Below, in pieces: positions 8,357-19,758 of a stretch of 32,189 nt of DNA. The position numbers and the translations under genes are program-made. Numbering within the stretch: position 1 is the stretch's first letter; each line of letters begins with the position of its first letter. The notes below the pieces were generated by a model. That model was not told the origin of the DNA. It was given only the letters and a program-made list of their open reading frames with translations, and did not search any database. Source of the DNA: Candidatus Limnocylindria bacterium (GTDB taxonomy: Bacteria > Chloroflexota > Limnocylindria > P2-11E); the NCBI GenBank assembly GCA_035281485.1, contig DATEDV010000277.1, positions 1 to 32,189 on the forward strand, given 5' to 3'.

Positions 8357-9148
8357 ATGACGGTGCTCGTCGTCAGCAATCAGAAGGGTGGGGTAGGGAA
8401 AACGACTACGGCCATCAGCCTTGGCGCAGCCTTGGTGGAGAGCGGCCAGCGCGTGCTGATCGTCGACCTGGACCCTCAGGCCAACGCCACGAGCGGCCTC
8501 GGCATCAGCAAGGCCCAACCGAACGGGATTCACGGTGCCTTGCTCAGGGAGCGCCCACTCGCGGAAGCAGTCGTGAGGACCGACCTGCCTGGACTGGATC
8601 TCGTCCCATCCGGCCCCGACATGGCCGGAGCCGAAGTCGAGCTCGTGCCGCTCATGGCCCGGGAGTACCGGCTGCGTCAGGTCCTCGGCGATACAGGCCG
8701 CTACGACACGGTGCTCATCGACTGCCCGCCGTCCCTTGGATTGCTCACCATCAACGCGCTCGCGGCAGGTGATGCCGTGATCGTCCCGGTGCAGTGCGAG
8801 TACTACGCGCTCGAGGGCTTGGCCCAGCTCCTCGACACCATTGGCGCGGTCCGACGGCGCCTCAACGAGCGGCTCGAGGTGCTCGCGATCGTCCTCACCA
8901 TGGAGGATCGTCGCAATCGGCTCTCGATGCAGGTCGTCGACGAGGTCCGCACGCACTTCCCGGAGCTCGTGGCGCGGGCACGCATACCGCGGACAGTCCG
9001 CTTGGCGGAAGCGCCCAGCCACGGAAAGCCGATCAGCGTCTACGACCCGGACTCGCGCGCCGCGAAGGCCTACGCGGAGCTGGCGCGTGAGCTCCTGGCC
9101 CGCCTGAAGTCGCGCGAGCCGATCGCGCTGGCCGGAGCCATGGTCTGA
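8357..9148 (+). CDS. parA: Chromosome partitioning ATPase ParA/Soj
   Basis: Deviant Walker A (NQKGGVGKTT) right after ATG 8357 (MTVLVVSNQKGG...). Typical ParA core (LIVDLDPQANAT, VLIDCPPSLG). Confidence 0.95.
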   Translation: MTVLVVSNQKGGVGKTTTAISLGAALVESGQRVLIVDLDPQANATSGLGISKAQPNGIHGALLRERPLAEAVVRTDLPGLDLVPSGPDMAGAEVELVPLMAREYRLRQVLGDTGRYDTVLIDCPPSLGLLTINALAAGDAVIVPVQCEYYALEGLAQLLDTIGAVRRRLNERLEVLAIVLTMEDRRNRLSMQVVDEVRTHFPELVARARIPRTVRLAEAPSHGKPISVYDPDSRAAKAYAELARELLARLKSREPIALAGAMV

Positions 9149-10017
9149 TGGCGCGCACCGGCCTGGGCCGCGGCCTCGATGTGCTGCTGGGTGCGCCGCC
9201 GGAGACACCGCCGGCGCCTCTGCAGCAGCTGGGCACAGCGGAGATCCCGCTCGCGAGCGTCCGCCCCAACCGCCAGCAGCCGCGCACGGTGTTCGATCCA
9301 GAGGGGATCAGCGAGCTGGCCGCGTCGATCAAGCGTCACGGTGTGCTGCAACCGATTGTGGTATCTCGCGACGGGGACGCCTACGAGCTCGTGGCGGGCC
9401 ACCGCCGCGTGCTCGCGGCGCGGCTCGCGGAGAAGACGACGATCCCCGCGATCGTGCGCGACGACGTGCGCGATCGGCTCGAGCTCGCCCTCGTTGAGAA
9501 CCTCCAGCGCGCCGACCTCAACGCGATCGAGACCGCGCGGGCATACAAGCTCCTCATGGAGACGTACGACCTCACGCAGGATCAGGTCGCGGAGCGCGTC
9601 GGCAAGTCGCGCTCGCAGGTGGCGAACATGCTGCGCGCCCTCACCGCCCCGCAGCCACTGCAGGATGCCGTCATGGAGGGGAAGATCAGCGAGGGTCACC
9701 TTCGCGCGCTTCTGCCGCTACCTCTTTCGGACGCGCTGCAGGCCCTCGCGTCGGTCATCGCGAAGGGCCTCTCGGTGCGCGAGGCGGAGGCGCTCGCGCG
9801 CAAGATGGTCCATCCGACGCGCCGCGGGCGCTCGCGCCCGCGGCTCCGCGGCGGCGATCCGGATCTGGCCCAGGTGACGAGCGAGCTGCGTGCGGCGTTA
9901 GGCACGAAGGTGGAGGTGCTCCGCGGCCGCAAGGGCGGACGGATCGCTATCAACTACTACTCGGACGAGGACTTCGAGCGGCTCTACGAGCTGCTTGTCC
10001 GCGCGGGCCGGGCTTAG
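9148..10017 (+). CDS. parB: Chromosome partitioning protein ParB/Spo0J
   Basis: N-terminal GLGRGLDVLL motif, ParB box (VLQPIVV...YELVAGHRR) and HTH region. The ATG overlaps the parA stop (TGATG). Confidence 0.93.
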   Translation: MARTGLGRGLDVLLGAPPETPPAPLQQLGTAEIPLASVRPNRQQPRTVFDPEGISELAASIKRHGVLQPIVVSRDGDAYELVAGHRRVLAARLAEKTTIPAIVRDDVRDRLELALVENLQRADLNAIETARAYKLLMETYDLTQDQVAERVGKSRSQVANMLRALTAPQPLQDAVMEGKISEGHLRALLPLPLSDALQALASVIAKGLSVREAEALARKMVHPTRRGRSRPRLRGGDPDLAQVTSELRAALGTKVEVLRGRKGGRIAINYYSDEDFERLYELLVRAGRA

Positions 10018-12176
<2,159 letters not shown>

Positions 12177-12177
<1 letters not shown>

Positions 12178-12710
12178 TGGCGCGGCTGTCGGAGCTCGGG
12201 ATCAACTTCGCGCACCACTGTTTCGCCTGCGGGCGATTGAATGAGGCCGGCCTGCATCTCGACTTCGACGTCTCGCGCGACCGCGCCGAGACGCGCTTCA
12301 CACCCGAGCGCCGTCATGAGGGGTATGACGGCACCGTCCACGGCGGGATCGTCACCGCACTGCTGGACGAGACGATGGGCTGGGCGATCTTCCATCAGGG
12401 GATCTGGGCCGTCACGACGCGCCTCTCCGTCTCCTTCCGCCGGCCGGTCACGGTGGGCGAGGAGCTTCGCGTCGTCGGCGAGGTCACGCGGCGTCGCAGC
12501 CGCGCCATCGAGACCCGCGGCACGGTGTCACGCGTATCGAGCGGTGACGTCCTTGCCGAGGCCGAGGCGACATTCCTGGTGATGTCCGAGGACCAGCGGC
12601 GGGAGCTCCAGCGCCGGTACTCGATCGACGACGAGGTCTTCGCGCGCGTGCGCGAGGCGGTCGAGCGTGAACATGCGACAGATCGCGAGAGGGAGTACCT
12701 GCGTACGTGA
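12177..12710 (+). CDS. PaaI/hotdog-fold thioesterase-like protein
   Basis: The GTG at 12177 overlaps the gyrB TAG by 1 nt. HCFACG motif followed by a hotdog core ([22 protein letters not shown]). Its stop overlaps the gyrA start. Confidence 0.8.
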
Positions 12711-15688
12711 TGCAGCAACCAGGGGACGACCGGGTCATCGACGCCGAGCTCGAGCACGAGATGCGCAAGGCGTACCTCGACTACTCGATGAGCGTCATCG
12801 TCGCGCGTGCCCTCCCCGACGTCCGCGACGGTCTGAAGCCGGTGCAGCGCCGGATCCTCTGGACGATGAACGAGATGGGTCTGCGCAACGACCGTCCGTA
12901 CCGCAAGTGCGCGGCGATCGTCGGTGACGTGATGGGGAAGTACCACCCGCATGGCGACGTCCCGATCTACGACGCGCTCGTGCGCCTCGCGCAGGACTTC
13001 GCCGCGCGCTACCCACTGGTCCAGGGTCAGGGCAACTTCGGCTGCTTCTCCGGGGACACGAAAGTGGAGCTCTACAACGGCGAGCAGCGGACGCTGGCCG
13101 AGCTCGTCGACATGGCGCACCGCGGTGCCCGCGTCGACGTGTTCACGGTCGACGCGCACCGCAACGTGCGTATCAAGCCGATGCGCGCCCCGCGCCTGGT
13201 CCGTCGCAACGACCCGGTCCAGAAGGTCACGCTCGAGTCGGGGGCCGAGATCGTCTGCACACCCGACCACCGCTTCATGCTGCGCGACGGCACGTACCGC
13301 GAGGCGCGCGAGCTCAAGGCGAAGGACCAGCTCATGCCGTTCGCGCGATCCTCGATCCCCGAGCGCCTGCACCGCACGGGCGCGTTCCCGATCCCGGCGA
13401 GCCTCACGCAGAAGGTGGCGAAGGTCGAGCCGGCCGGCCGGGCGGACGTGTACGACCTCACGGTCGACATCACGCAGAACTTCGCCATCGCCGCCGGCAT
13501 CTTCGTCCACAACTCGATCGACGACGACCCGCCGGGCGCGTCCCGCTACACCGAGGCGCGCCTGGCGGCGATCAGCGCCGAGATGCTCGCGGACATCGAC
13601 AAGAACACCGTCGATTTCGTGCCGAACTACGACAACCGACATCAGCAGCCGACGGTGATGCCGGCGCGCCTGCCGAACCTGCTCATCAACGGCTCGGCGG
13701 GCATCGCCGTCGGGATGGCGACGAACATCCCACCGCACAACCTGCGCGAGGTCCTGACCGCGGAGAAACGGCTCATCGACGACCCCGATCTCACGAACGA
13801 CGACCTCTGCGAGACGATCCTCGGTCCCGACTTCCCGGGCGGCGGGATCATCTACCGCTTCGAGGACGAGAAGAACGTCGAGACCGGGAAGTCCGAGCGC
13901 GTCGACGGTATCCGCCGTGCCTATGCGAACGGGCGCGGCCGGATCGTGATGCGCGCGAAGGCCCACAAAGAGGAGATGCGCGGGGGTCGCGAGGCGGTCG
14001 TCGTCTCGGAGCTGCCGTACGCGGTGAACAAGGCGTCGCTCATCGAGAAGATCGCGGAGCTCGTCCAGAACAAGCGCCTCCAGGGCATCAGCGACATCCG
14101 CGACGAGAGCGACCGGGAGGGCATGCGGATCGTCATCGAGGTGAAGCGCGACGACTCCGCGGACCGCGTGCTGAACAACCTGTTCAAGCACACGGCCATG
14201 CAGTCCGCCTTCAACCTCAACATGCTCGCTCTCGTCGACCAGGCCCCGCGCGTGCTGTCCCTCAAAGAGGTCCTGCAGCACCACATCGACTACCGGCGCG
14301 AGGTCATCCGCCGGCGCACCGAGTTCGACCTGAACAAGGCCAAGGAGCGCGCGCACATCCTCGAGGGCTTCAAGATCGCGCACGACCACATCGACGCGAT
14401 CATCAAGCTCATCCGCGCGCACAAGGGCCAGGAGCTCCTCCTCATCGGCAAGCTGCGCGAGGGTTTCGGCCTGTCCGAGGCGCAGGCGCGGGCGATCCTG
14501 GAGATGCAGCTCCGGCGTCTGTCGGGCCTGGAGCGCGAGAAGCTCGAGCAGGAGTACGAGGCGACGATCAAGCTCATCGCCGAGCTCGAGTCGATCCTCG
14601 CGAATCCGCGGCGGATCCTCACGCTGCTCAAGGCCGACCTCGACGAGCTCGCTGAGAAGTACGGCGACGACCGGCGCACCGAGATCCGCGACGACGTGCC
14701 CGGCCAGTTCACGGACGAGCAGCTCGTCGCGGACGAGGACGTCGTCATCACGCTCTCGAGCCGCAACTACGCGAAGCGCATGCCGCTGTCGACGTACCGC
14801 GCGCAGCACCACGGCGGCCGCGGCGTCATCGGCATGCAGACCCGCGAGGAGGACGACGTCGAGCACCTCGTCGTCGCGCGGAACCACGACAAGCTGTACG
14901 TCTTCACCGACCGCGGGCGGGTGTTCGCGCTGAAGGCCTACGAGCTGCCGGACGCGAGCCGCACCGCGAAGGGCACGCCGATCCAGAACATCCTCGAGGC
15001 GATGCAGCAGGGAGAGCGCGTCTCTGCGCTCGTCGCGCTGCGCGACACCACGACGACGCAGTTCCTGATGATGGCGACGCGCAAGGGCTTCGTGAAGAAG
15101 ACCGCGCTGTCGGAATACGCGACCGTGCGGCGCGCCGGCCTCATCGCGATCGCGCTGCGCAAGGGCGACGAGCTCGCCTGGGTCGCCCCGTGCGGGAAGG
15201 ACGACCGCATCATCCTCGCGACGCGCAAGGGCAAGGGCATCTGCTTCAAGGCCTCGGACGCCCGACCGATGGGCCGGCCGACGCAGGGCGTCACCGGCAT
15301 CCGCCTGCAGAAGGGCGACGAGGTCGTCGGCATGGGCATCGCGCGTCCGCGGACCGAGGTCCTCTCGGTCACGGAGAACGGCTACGGCAAGCGCACCGCG
15401 GTCGAGGAGTTCCCGACGCAGGGCCGCGGCGGCCAGGGCGTGATCCTCGCCTCGCTCGGCCCGAAGACCGGCAACGTCGCCGCGATGCAGATGGTCGACG
15501 AGGGGAGCCAGGAGATCCTGCTCATCTCGACCACCGGTGTCGTCATCCGTACACCGCTGGACCAGATCCGCGTCCTCGGCCGGCCGACGATGGGCGTGAA
15601 GGTCATGACCACCGGCGACGCGAAGATCGCGTCGATCGCCACCTTCACGACGACCCGGCCGACGCAGACGCAGCTACCGGTGAAGTGA
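12707..15688 (+). CDS. gyrA: DNA gyrase subunit A precursor, interrupted by an in-frame mini-intein
   Basis: Conserved GyrA N-terminus ([37 protein letters not shown]), catalytic-Tyr region (SRYTEARL) and C-terminal beta-pinwheel repeats. The start is GTG 12707 or ATG 12710, both overlapping the upstream stop. Confidence 0.97.
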   Translation: MMQQPGDDRVIDAELEHEMRKAYLDYSMSVIVARALPDVRDGLKPVQRRILWTMNEMGLRNDRPYRKCAAIVGDVMGKYHPHGDVPIYDALVRLAQDFAARYPLVQGQGNFGCFSGDTKVELYNGEQRTLAELVDMAHRGARVDVFTVDAHRNVRIKPMRAPRLVRRNDPVQKVTLESGAEIVCTPDHRFMLRDGTYREARELKAKDQLMPFARSSIPERLHRTGAFPIPASLTQKVAKVEPAGRADVYDLTVDITQNFAIAAGIFVHNSIDDDPPGASRYTEARLAAISAEMLADIDKNTVDFVPNYDNRHQQPTVMPARLPNLLINGSAGIAVGMATNIPPHNLREVLTAEKRLIDDPDLTNDDLCETILGPDFPGGGIIYRFEDEKNVETGKSERVDGIRRAYANGRGRIVMRAKAHKEEMRGGREAVVVSELPYAVNKASLIEKIAELVQNKRLQGISDIRDESDREGMRIVIEVKRDDSADRVLNNLFKHTAMQSAFNLNMLALVDQAPRVLSLKEVLQHHIDYRREVIRRRTEFDLNKAKERAHILEGFKIAHDHIDAIIKLIRAHKGQELLLIGKLREGFGLSEAQARAILEMQLRRLSGLEREKLEQEYEATIKLIAELESILANPRRILTLLKADLDELAEKYGDDRRTEIRDDVPGQFTDEQLVADEDVVITLSSRNYAKRMPLSTYRAQHHGGRGVIGMQTREEDDVEHLVVARNHDKLYVFTDRGRVFALKAYELPDASRTAKGTPIQNILEAMQQGERVSALVALRDTTTTQFLMMATRKGFVKKTALSEYATVRRAGLIAIALRKGDELAWVAPCGKDDRIILATRKGKGICFKASDARPMGRPTQGVTGIRLQKGDEVVGMGIARPRTEVLSVTENGYGKRTAVEEFPTQGRGGQGVILASLGPKTGNVAAMQMVDEGSQEILLISTTGVVIRTPLDQIRVLGRPTMGVKVMTTGDAKIASIATFTTTRPTQTQLPVK
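13043..13513 (+). mobile_element. GyrA mini-intein (157 aa, no homing endonuclease domain)
   Basis: The insertion lies between GQGNFG and [14 protein letters not shown]. Cys1 ([10 protein letters not shown], block A), TPDH (block B), [14 protein letters not shown] (block F), terminal VHN followed by Ser+1 (block G). Removing it restores the contiguous GNFGSID...RYTE GyrA sequence. Confidence 0.9.
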
Positions 15689-15946
15689 TCCCGCTCCGAC
15701 GCGCACGCGCCGCGCGGTCGGGTTCACGGCGGTAGCGATCCGGCAGGCAGCCGGACGCCGTCTCGCGGCGGGGTCAAACGCGCGTACGAATTCGGTCGCA
15801 GCAGTACCAATTCCGGCCGTTTGGCCGTTGTTTCGACGCATGCGGGCCGATATGGTCTCCCCAGTAGCCGAGGACCGTGGCGCCGGTTGCCGCCAGAACG
15901 AGCAGGCAGGCGCCGCGGGACGGCTTTTGAGAGGGAAGGCACGGGC

Positions 15947-16627
15947 TTGATCGCGCTCGACGACGTCAGCAAGCGCTACCCCAATGGGACCTTCGCCTTA
16001 CGGGACGTCGACCTCCGGATCGACTCCGGCGACTTCCTGTTCCTGGTGGGATCGTCGGGCGCCGGAAAGTCGACGCTGATCCGGCTGCTCATCCGCGAAG
16101 AGTTCGCGACGACCGGGCGCGTGGTCGTCGACGGCGAGGACGTCGGGCGCATGTCGCGCTCGCGCGTCCCGCGTCTGCGCCGGAAGGTCGGCGTCGTGTT
16201 CCAGGACTTCAAGCTGCTGCCGAACAAGACGGTCGCCGAGAACGTCGCGTTCGCGCTTCTGGTCACCGGTCACGAGGGACGCCTGGTGCGCGAGGAGACC
16301 GAGCGCGCGCTCTCGCTCGTCGGACTCACCGCGCGGCGCGACCACTTCCCGAGCCAGCTCTCGGGCGGCGAGCAGCAGCGCACGGCGATCGCGCGCGCGC
16401 TCGTGAACCGTCCGCGCATCCTCATCGCAGACGAGCCGACGGGGAACCTCGACCCGGTGACGAGCTGGGAGATCATCAAGCTGCTCACGCGGGTGAACGA
16501 GCTCGGCACGACGATGGTGATGGCGACGCACAACGCAGAGATCGTGAACGCGCTGCGCCGTCGGGTGGTCCATCTGGACCACGGCATGGTGGTGCGCGAC
16601 GTGCGCGAGGGGCTGTACGCCGCGTGA
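15947..16627 (+). CDS. ftsE: Cell division ABC ATPase FtsE
   Basis: Walker A (GSSGAGKST), signature (LSGGEQQR), Walker B (ILIADEPTGNLD). Start proposed at TTG 15947 (LIALDDVSKRY), preceded by GAGGGAAGG. The longer track ORF start at 15821 has no RBS. Confidence 0.9.
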   Translation: MIALDDVSKRYPNGTFALRDVDLRIDSGDFLFLVGSSGAGKSTLIRLLIREEFATTGRVVVDGEDVGRMSRSRVPRLRRKVGVVFQDFKLLPNKTVAENVAFALLVTGHEGRLVREETERALSLVGLTARRDHFPSQLSGGEQQRTAIARALVNRPRILIADEPTGNLDPVTSWEIIKLLTRVNELGTTMVMATHNAEIVNALRRRVVHLDHGMVVRDVREGLYAA

Positions 16628-17514
16628 GGCGCATCGGATATGTCCTCAGCGCGGCGGGTCAGGGCTTCTGGCGCAACCCGGTGATGAGCCTGGCCTCGAC
16701 GTTCACGGTGACGCTCATGCTCCTGCTCTTCTCCTTCTTCCTGACCACCGACCGTGGATTGCAGGCCGCGGTGACCCTGCTCGAGTCGAAGGTGGAGCTC
16801 GCCGCGTTCCTCGACGACAACGCGAAGGTCTCGCAGGTCCTCGCCCTGAAAGCGCGCATCGAGTCCGACGCCGCGGTGTCGCGCGTCGAGTACGTCGACA
16901 AGGAGCAGGCGCTGAAGCGGCTCCAGGAGATCGCCGAGCGGCGCAAGGACTTCGTCATCGCGAACGTCGAGACGAACCCGCTGCCGGCGTCGCTCGAGGT
17001 CAAGCTCTCGGACGCGCGCCAGGCCAAGCGACTCGGTGACGACCTCCGCGCGGAGATCGGCGGCGGCGTCGTCACCGACGTCATCGACAACCCGCAGGTC
17101 GTCGACCAGCTCCTCACGATCACGCGCGTGCTGTCGGTGGGCGGCATCGTGATCCTCGCGATGATGCTGTTCGTCGCGCTCTTTGTGATCGTCAACACCA
17201 TCCGCATCGCGGTGCACGCCCGCCGGGACGAGATCGAGATCATGCAGCTCGTCGGCGCGTCGGACGCGTTCGTACGTTGGCCGTTCATCCTCGAGGGGAT
17301 GCTCGTGGGCGCCCTCGGGGCGGTCGTCGCGCTGTCGATCGTGTTCGCCGCCTCGGGCCCGGTGACCGGCGCGATGCTGGATTTCCTTGCCACGCTGCCG
17401 ATCTCGCTGGGGCCGGAATTCGCGTTCCAGCTGGCCGCAAGCGTGCTGGGCGTGGCGCTCCTGGTGGGTGCCGGAGGGGCGACGCTGTCGGTGCGCGCCC
17501 ACCTCGCCAAGTGA
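16624..17514 (+). CDS. ftsX: Cell division permease-like protein FtsX
   Basis: The GTG overlaps the ftsE stop (GTGA). It has FtsX topology: TM1, a large extracytoplasmic loop, then three C-terminal TMs (MQLVGASDAFVRWPFILEG). Confidence 0.9.
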   Translation: MRRIGYVLSAAGQGFWRNPVMSLASTFTVTLMLLLFSFFLTTDRGLQAAVTLLESKVELAAFLDDNAKVSQVLALKARIESDAAVSRVEYVDKEQALKRLQEIAERRKDFVIANVETNPLPASLEVKLSDARQAKRLGDDLRAEIGGGVVTDVIDNPQVVDQLLTITRVLSVGGIVILAMMLFVALFVIVNTIRIAVHARRDEIEIMQLVGASDAFVRWPFILEGMLVGALGAVVALSIVFAASGPVTGAMLDFLATLPISLGPEFAFQLAASVLGVALLVGAGGATLSVRAHLAK

Positions 17515-17567
17515 CACGGCGTCGAGCCTTGACCACGGGCCGCTCCCGGTGGGACGATGCGCCCGTC

Positions 17568-18887
17568 ATGGAAGCTCCCCGGAGTGGCCGGGGAGGTGGG
17601 TGGAGGAAGAGCGGACTTCGCGCGACCGTCGTCGCGCTCGTTGCGCTCGCCTTCTTCGTCGGACAGCAGATCCCCGCAGCCGCCGACGACCCGCTCGCCG
17701 AGGCGCTGCGCCGCAAGGAGGCGCTCGAACGCGCCGTCGCGGTCTCGCGCCAGAACGCCGAGCGCTACAAGCAGGCCGCGAACCGCTTCCAGGCCGCGGT
17801 CGACTCCGCGAACGCGCGGATCTCCGATCTCGCCCAGCGCCAGGCCGACGCCGAGAACGAAGCCGAGGCGCTGGGGTACGAGATCCAGATCGCGGAGGAG
17901 CAGCTCGCGGTCGTCGCGTTCCAGCTGGACGAGACGAAGGCCTTCGCGGATTCGCTGAACGCGCAGGCCGCGGAGCAGCAGCGACAGCTCGTCAAGCGCG
18001 AGGACCTCTACGCGAGGCACCTCGTCGCGACGTACCGCCAGGCGCTCATCAGCCCGCTCGAGATGCTGCTGTCGTCGCGCACGCTGACCGAGTTCGCCAA
18101 CCGCGTGCAGCAGATGATCTTCGTCAACCGGCAGGATCAGCAGCTCGCGCACGAGATCCGCACCCTCCGCGCGGACACCGTGGCCAAGCTCGAAGATGCC
18201 GCGGGCAAGCAGCGCGAGATCCTCGGTCTTCAGGACCAGATCACGACGCAGCGGAAGCATCTCGCGGAGCAGAAAGCGAAGTACGAGGAGCTCGTCGCGC
18301 AGATGCAGACCGCGATCGAGCAGCAGGCCGAGGAGCGCGCCAACGCGGCGATGAACAGATCGCAGGCCGTCGGCGCGCTGGGCGCGGCCAATCGCGAGAC
18401 CGCCGACCTCAACCGCAGGCTCGAGGAGGCCGAGCGGCAGTACGCGAACCTCGCGGCCCAGCTCGCCGCGAAGAGCGGCCTCGGCGCCTTCAACGGCTCG
18501 AAGCTCGCGATGTGGCCGGTGAACGGACCGATCACGTCAGGCTTCGGCGCACGCTGGGGCGGCTTCCACAACGGGATCGACATCGCCGCGCCCAAGTTCA
18601 CGCCGCTGCGGGCGGCGTCGTCAGGTCAGGTCGTCACCGTCGGGCGGCCGTACATCGCGTACGGCGACACCGCGGTCGTCGTCATCATCGCGCACGGATA
18701 CAACTTCTCGACGCTGTACGGCCACCTCGATGACTCGCGCTGGCCTCCAGTGCGGGTCGGGCAGTTCGTCGCGGCCGGCACGGTCATCGGTTACGTGGGT
18801 ATGACGGGCTGGACCACCGGGCCGCACGTCCACTTCATGACGATCGTCAACGGCCAGGCCGTGAACCCGCGCCCGTACCTGCCCTGA
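17568..18887 (+). CDS. Coiled-coil M23 (LytM-type) peptidoglycan endopeptidase, EnvC-like FtsEX partner
   Basis: ATG 17568, then a signal/anchor (LRATVVALVALAFFV). About 270 aa of heptad-rich coiled coil follow. The C-terminal M23 domain has HNGID and GPHVHF metal-ligand motifs. Confidence 0.85.
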   Translation: MEAPRSGRGGGWRKSGLRATVVALVALAFFVGQQIPAAADDPLAEALRRKEALERAVAVSRQNAERYKQAANRFQAAVDSANARISDLAQRQADAENEAEALGYEIQIAEEQLAVVAFQLDETKAFADSLNAQAAEQQRQLVKREDLYARHLVATYRQALISPLEMLLSSRTLTEFANRVQQMIFVNRQDQQLAHEIRTLRADTVAKLEDAAGKQREILGLQDQITTQRKHLAEQKAKYEELVAQMQTAIEQQAEERANAAMNRSQAVGALGAANRETADLNRRLEEAERQYANLAAQLAAKSGLGAFNGSKLAMWPVNGPITSGFGARWGGFHNGIDIAAPKFTPLRAASSGQVVTVGRPYIAYGDTAVVVIIAHGYNFSTLYGHLDDSRWPPVRVGQFVAAGTVIGYVGMTGWTTGPHVHFMTIVNGQAVNPRPYLP

Positions 18888-19065
18888 ACTAGCAGCTCGT
18901 CTTCGCGGCCTTCGCCGCGGCGCCTCGCTGCGGGCTCAAGGCTGGTGGTTGCTCCTCGCCGGAGTGAATCCGGCTCGGTCGCTCCTGCCGCGTCGCCACG
19001 CTTGCGTCCGTTTTCAATTGCGACGGGCGTCACATTGACGAGGGCTCCGAAGGCGTGTGAGCATG

Positions 19066-19240
19066 GACGGCGAAAGAAAGGAGGTGATGTGGAGTGGGCG
19101 ATGCCAATGGGAAACCAAAGACCCAGGGGCGCTCACTTCGGCCTTTCGTAATGAAACCAACTGAGGTGATCGCGAGCTAACCCGCGGTCTTTGGAGACCC
19201 GGTGACGGCGGCGGCAGCGATGCCGCCGCCGTCTCTTTTT
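19066..19240 (+). promoter_or_regulatory. Candidate cis-regulatory leader of smpB (uORF, SD-like repeats, terminator); class unknown
   Basis: AAAGGAGGTGAT (19077-19088) is a near-perfect SD. It is followed by short ORFs: ATG 19087 (25 codons) or GTG 19089 (20 codons). A second SD-like GAGGTGATC (19163-19171) has no start codon. Then comes a 13-bp GC hairpin with a U-tract, ending 21 nt before the smpB GTG. Confidence 0.4.
19204..19240 (+). terminator. Rho-independent terminator immediately upstream of smpB
   Basis: GACGGCGGCGGCA (19204-19216), GCGA loop, TGCCGCCGCCGTC (19221-19233): a perfect 13-bp stem. TCTTTTT follows (19234-19240). Only the plus-strand orientation has the U-tract. Confidence 0.8.
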
Positions 19241-19260
19241 GCCGTCTGTACGCTCTGCCG

Positions 19261-19758
19261 GTGCCCGATCGGAGATCACCGGCGACCGCGACACCCGAGA
19301 AGAAGTCGCGCGACGTACAGCTGGCCGACAATCGCAAGGCGCTCTTCGACTACGCCATCGAGGAGCGGGTCGAGGCGGGCATCGCGCTCACCGGCACCGA
19401 GATCAAGTCGCTGCGCGCGGGTCACGTGAACCTCCGGGACGGCTACGCGCGGATCGAGAACGGCCAGGCATGGCTGCGGAACGTGCACATCGCTCCGTGG
19501 ACGCACACCGCGCGCGACAACCACGAGCCGCTACGGCCACGGAAGCTGCTGCTGCATCGCGGCGAGATCGGCCAGCTCGCCGGCGCGGTCTCCCAGAAGG
19601 GCTACACGCTGGTGCCGCTCCGCATGTACACGAAGGGCGGGCGCGCGAAGGTGGAGATCGGTCTGGCGCGCGGGAAGAAGCGCTACGAGAAGCGTCAGGT
19701 GATCAAGGAGCGCGAGGCGGCTCGCGAGATGCAGGCCGCCGTCCGCCGGCGGGTCTAA
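19261..19758 (+). CDS. smpB: SsrA-binding protein SmpB
   Basis: Typical SmpB sequence (NRKALFDYAIEERVEAGIALTGTEIKSLRAG..., KLLLHRGEI, GYTLVPLRMY, KVEIGLARGKK). GTG 19261 is the only in-frame start. No obvious SD lies upstream. Confidence 0.93.
   Translation: MPDRRSPATATPEKKSRDVQLADNRKALFDYAIEERVEAGIALTGTEIKSLRAGHVNLRDGYARIENGQAWLRNVHIAPWTHTARDNHEPLRPRKLLLHRGEIGQLAGAVSQKGYTLVPLRMYTKGGRAKVEIGLARGKKRYEKRQVIKEREAAREMQAAVRRRV

Noticed and set aside
12395-14887. 830-aa ORF on the minus strand opposite gyrA
   Set aside because: It is antisense to an unambiguous GyrA coding sequence. The translation is dominated by R/D/E/L/V/H runs with no recognisable domain. It is a typical high-GC shadow ORF, in which stop codons are rare in all frames.
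15875-15928. 10-bp hairpin (CCGTGGCGCC...GGCGCCGCGG) followed by CTTTT upstream of ftsE, considered as a terminator or attenuator
   Set aside because: It has a 24-nt loop, a 6-nt spacer before the T-run, and only four T residues. That is too weak to call. It may just be a leader structure.
16270-18260. 415-aa and 533-aa minus-strand ORFs opposite ftsE, ftsX and the M23 peptidase
   Set aside because: They are antisense to genes with Walker, ABC-signature and M23 motifs. Their composition is repetitive and charge-biased, and they have no RBS.
19066-19200. Possible c-di-AMP (ydaO-type) or TPP riboswitch in the smpB leader
   Set aside because: The only resemblances are short strings: GCGAGCUAACCCGCGG versus the ydaO CAGCUAACC element, and GGGGCGC...CUGAG versus TPP. 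The other conserved blocks of either class are absent, and the downstream gene does not fit. It stays an unclassified leader.
19419-19432. Second parS-like sequence GGGTCACGTGAACC inside smpB
   Set aside because: Only the central TCACGTGA core matches. The flanking halves diverge from TGTTTCAC/GTGAAACA. This is likely chance in a coding region.
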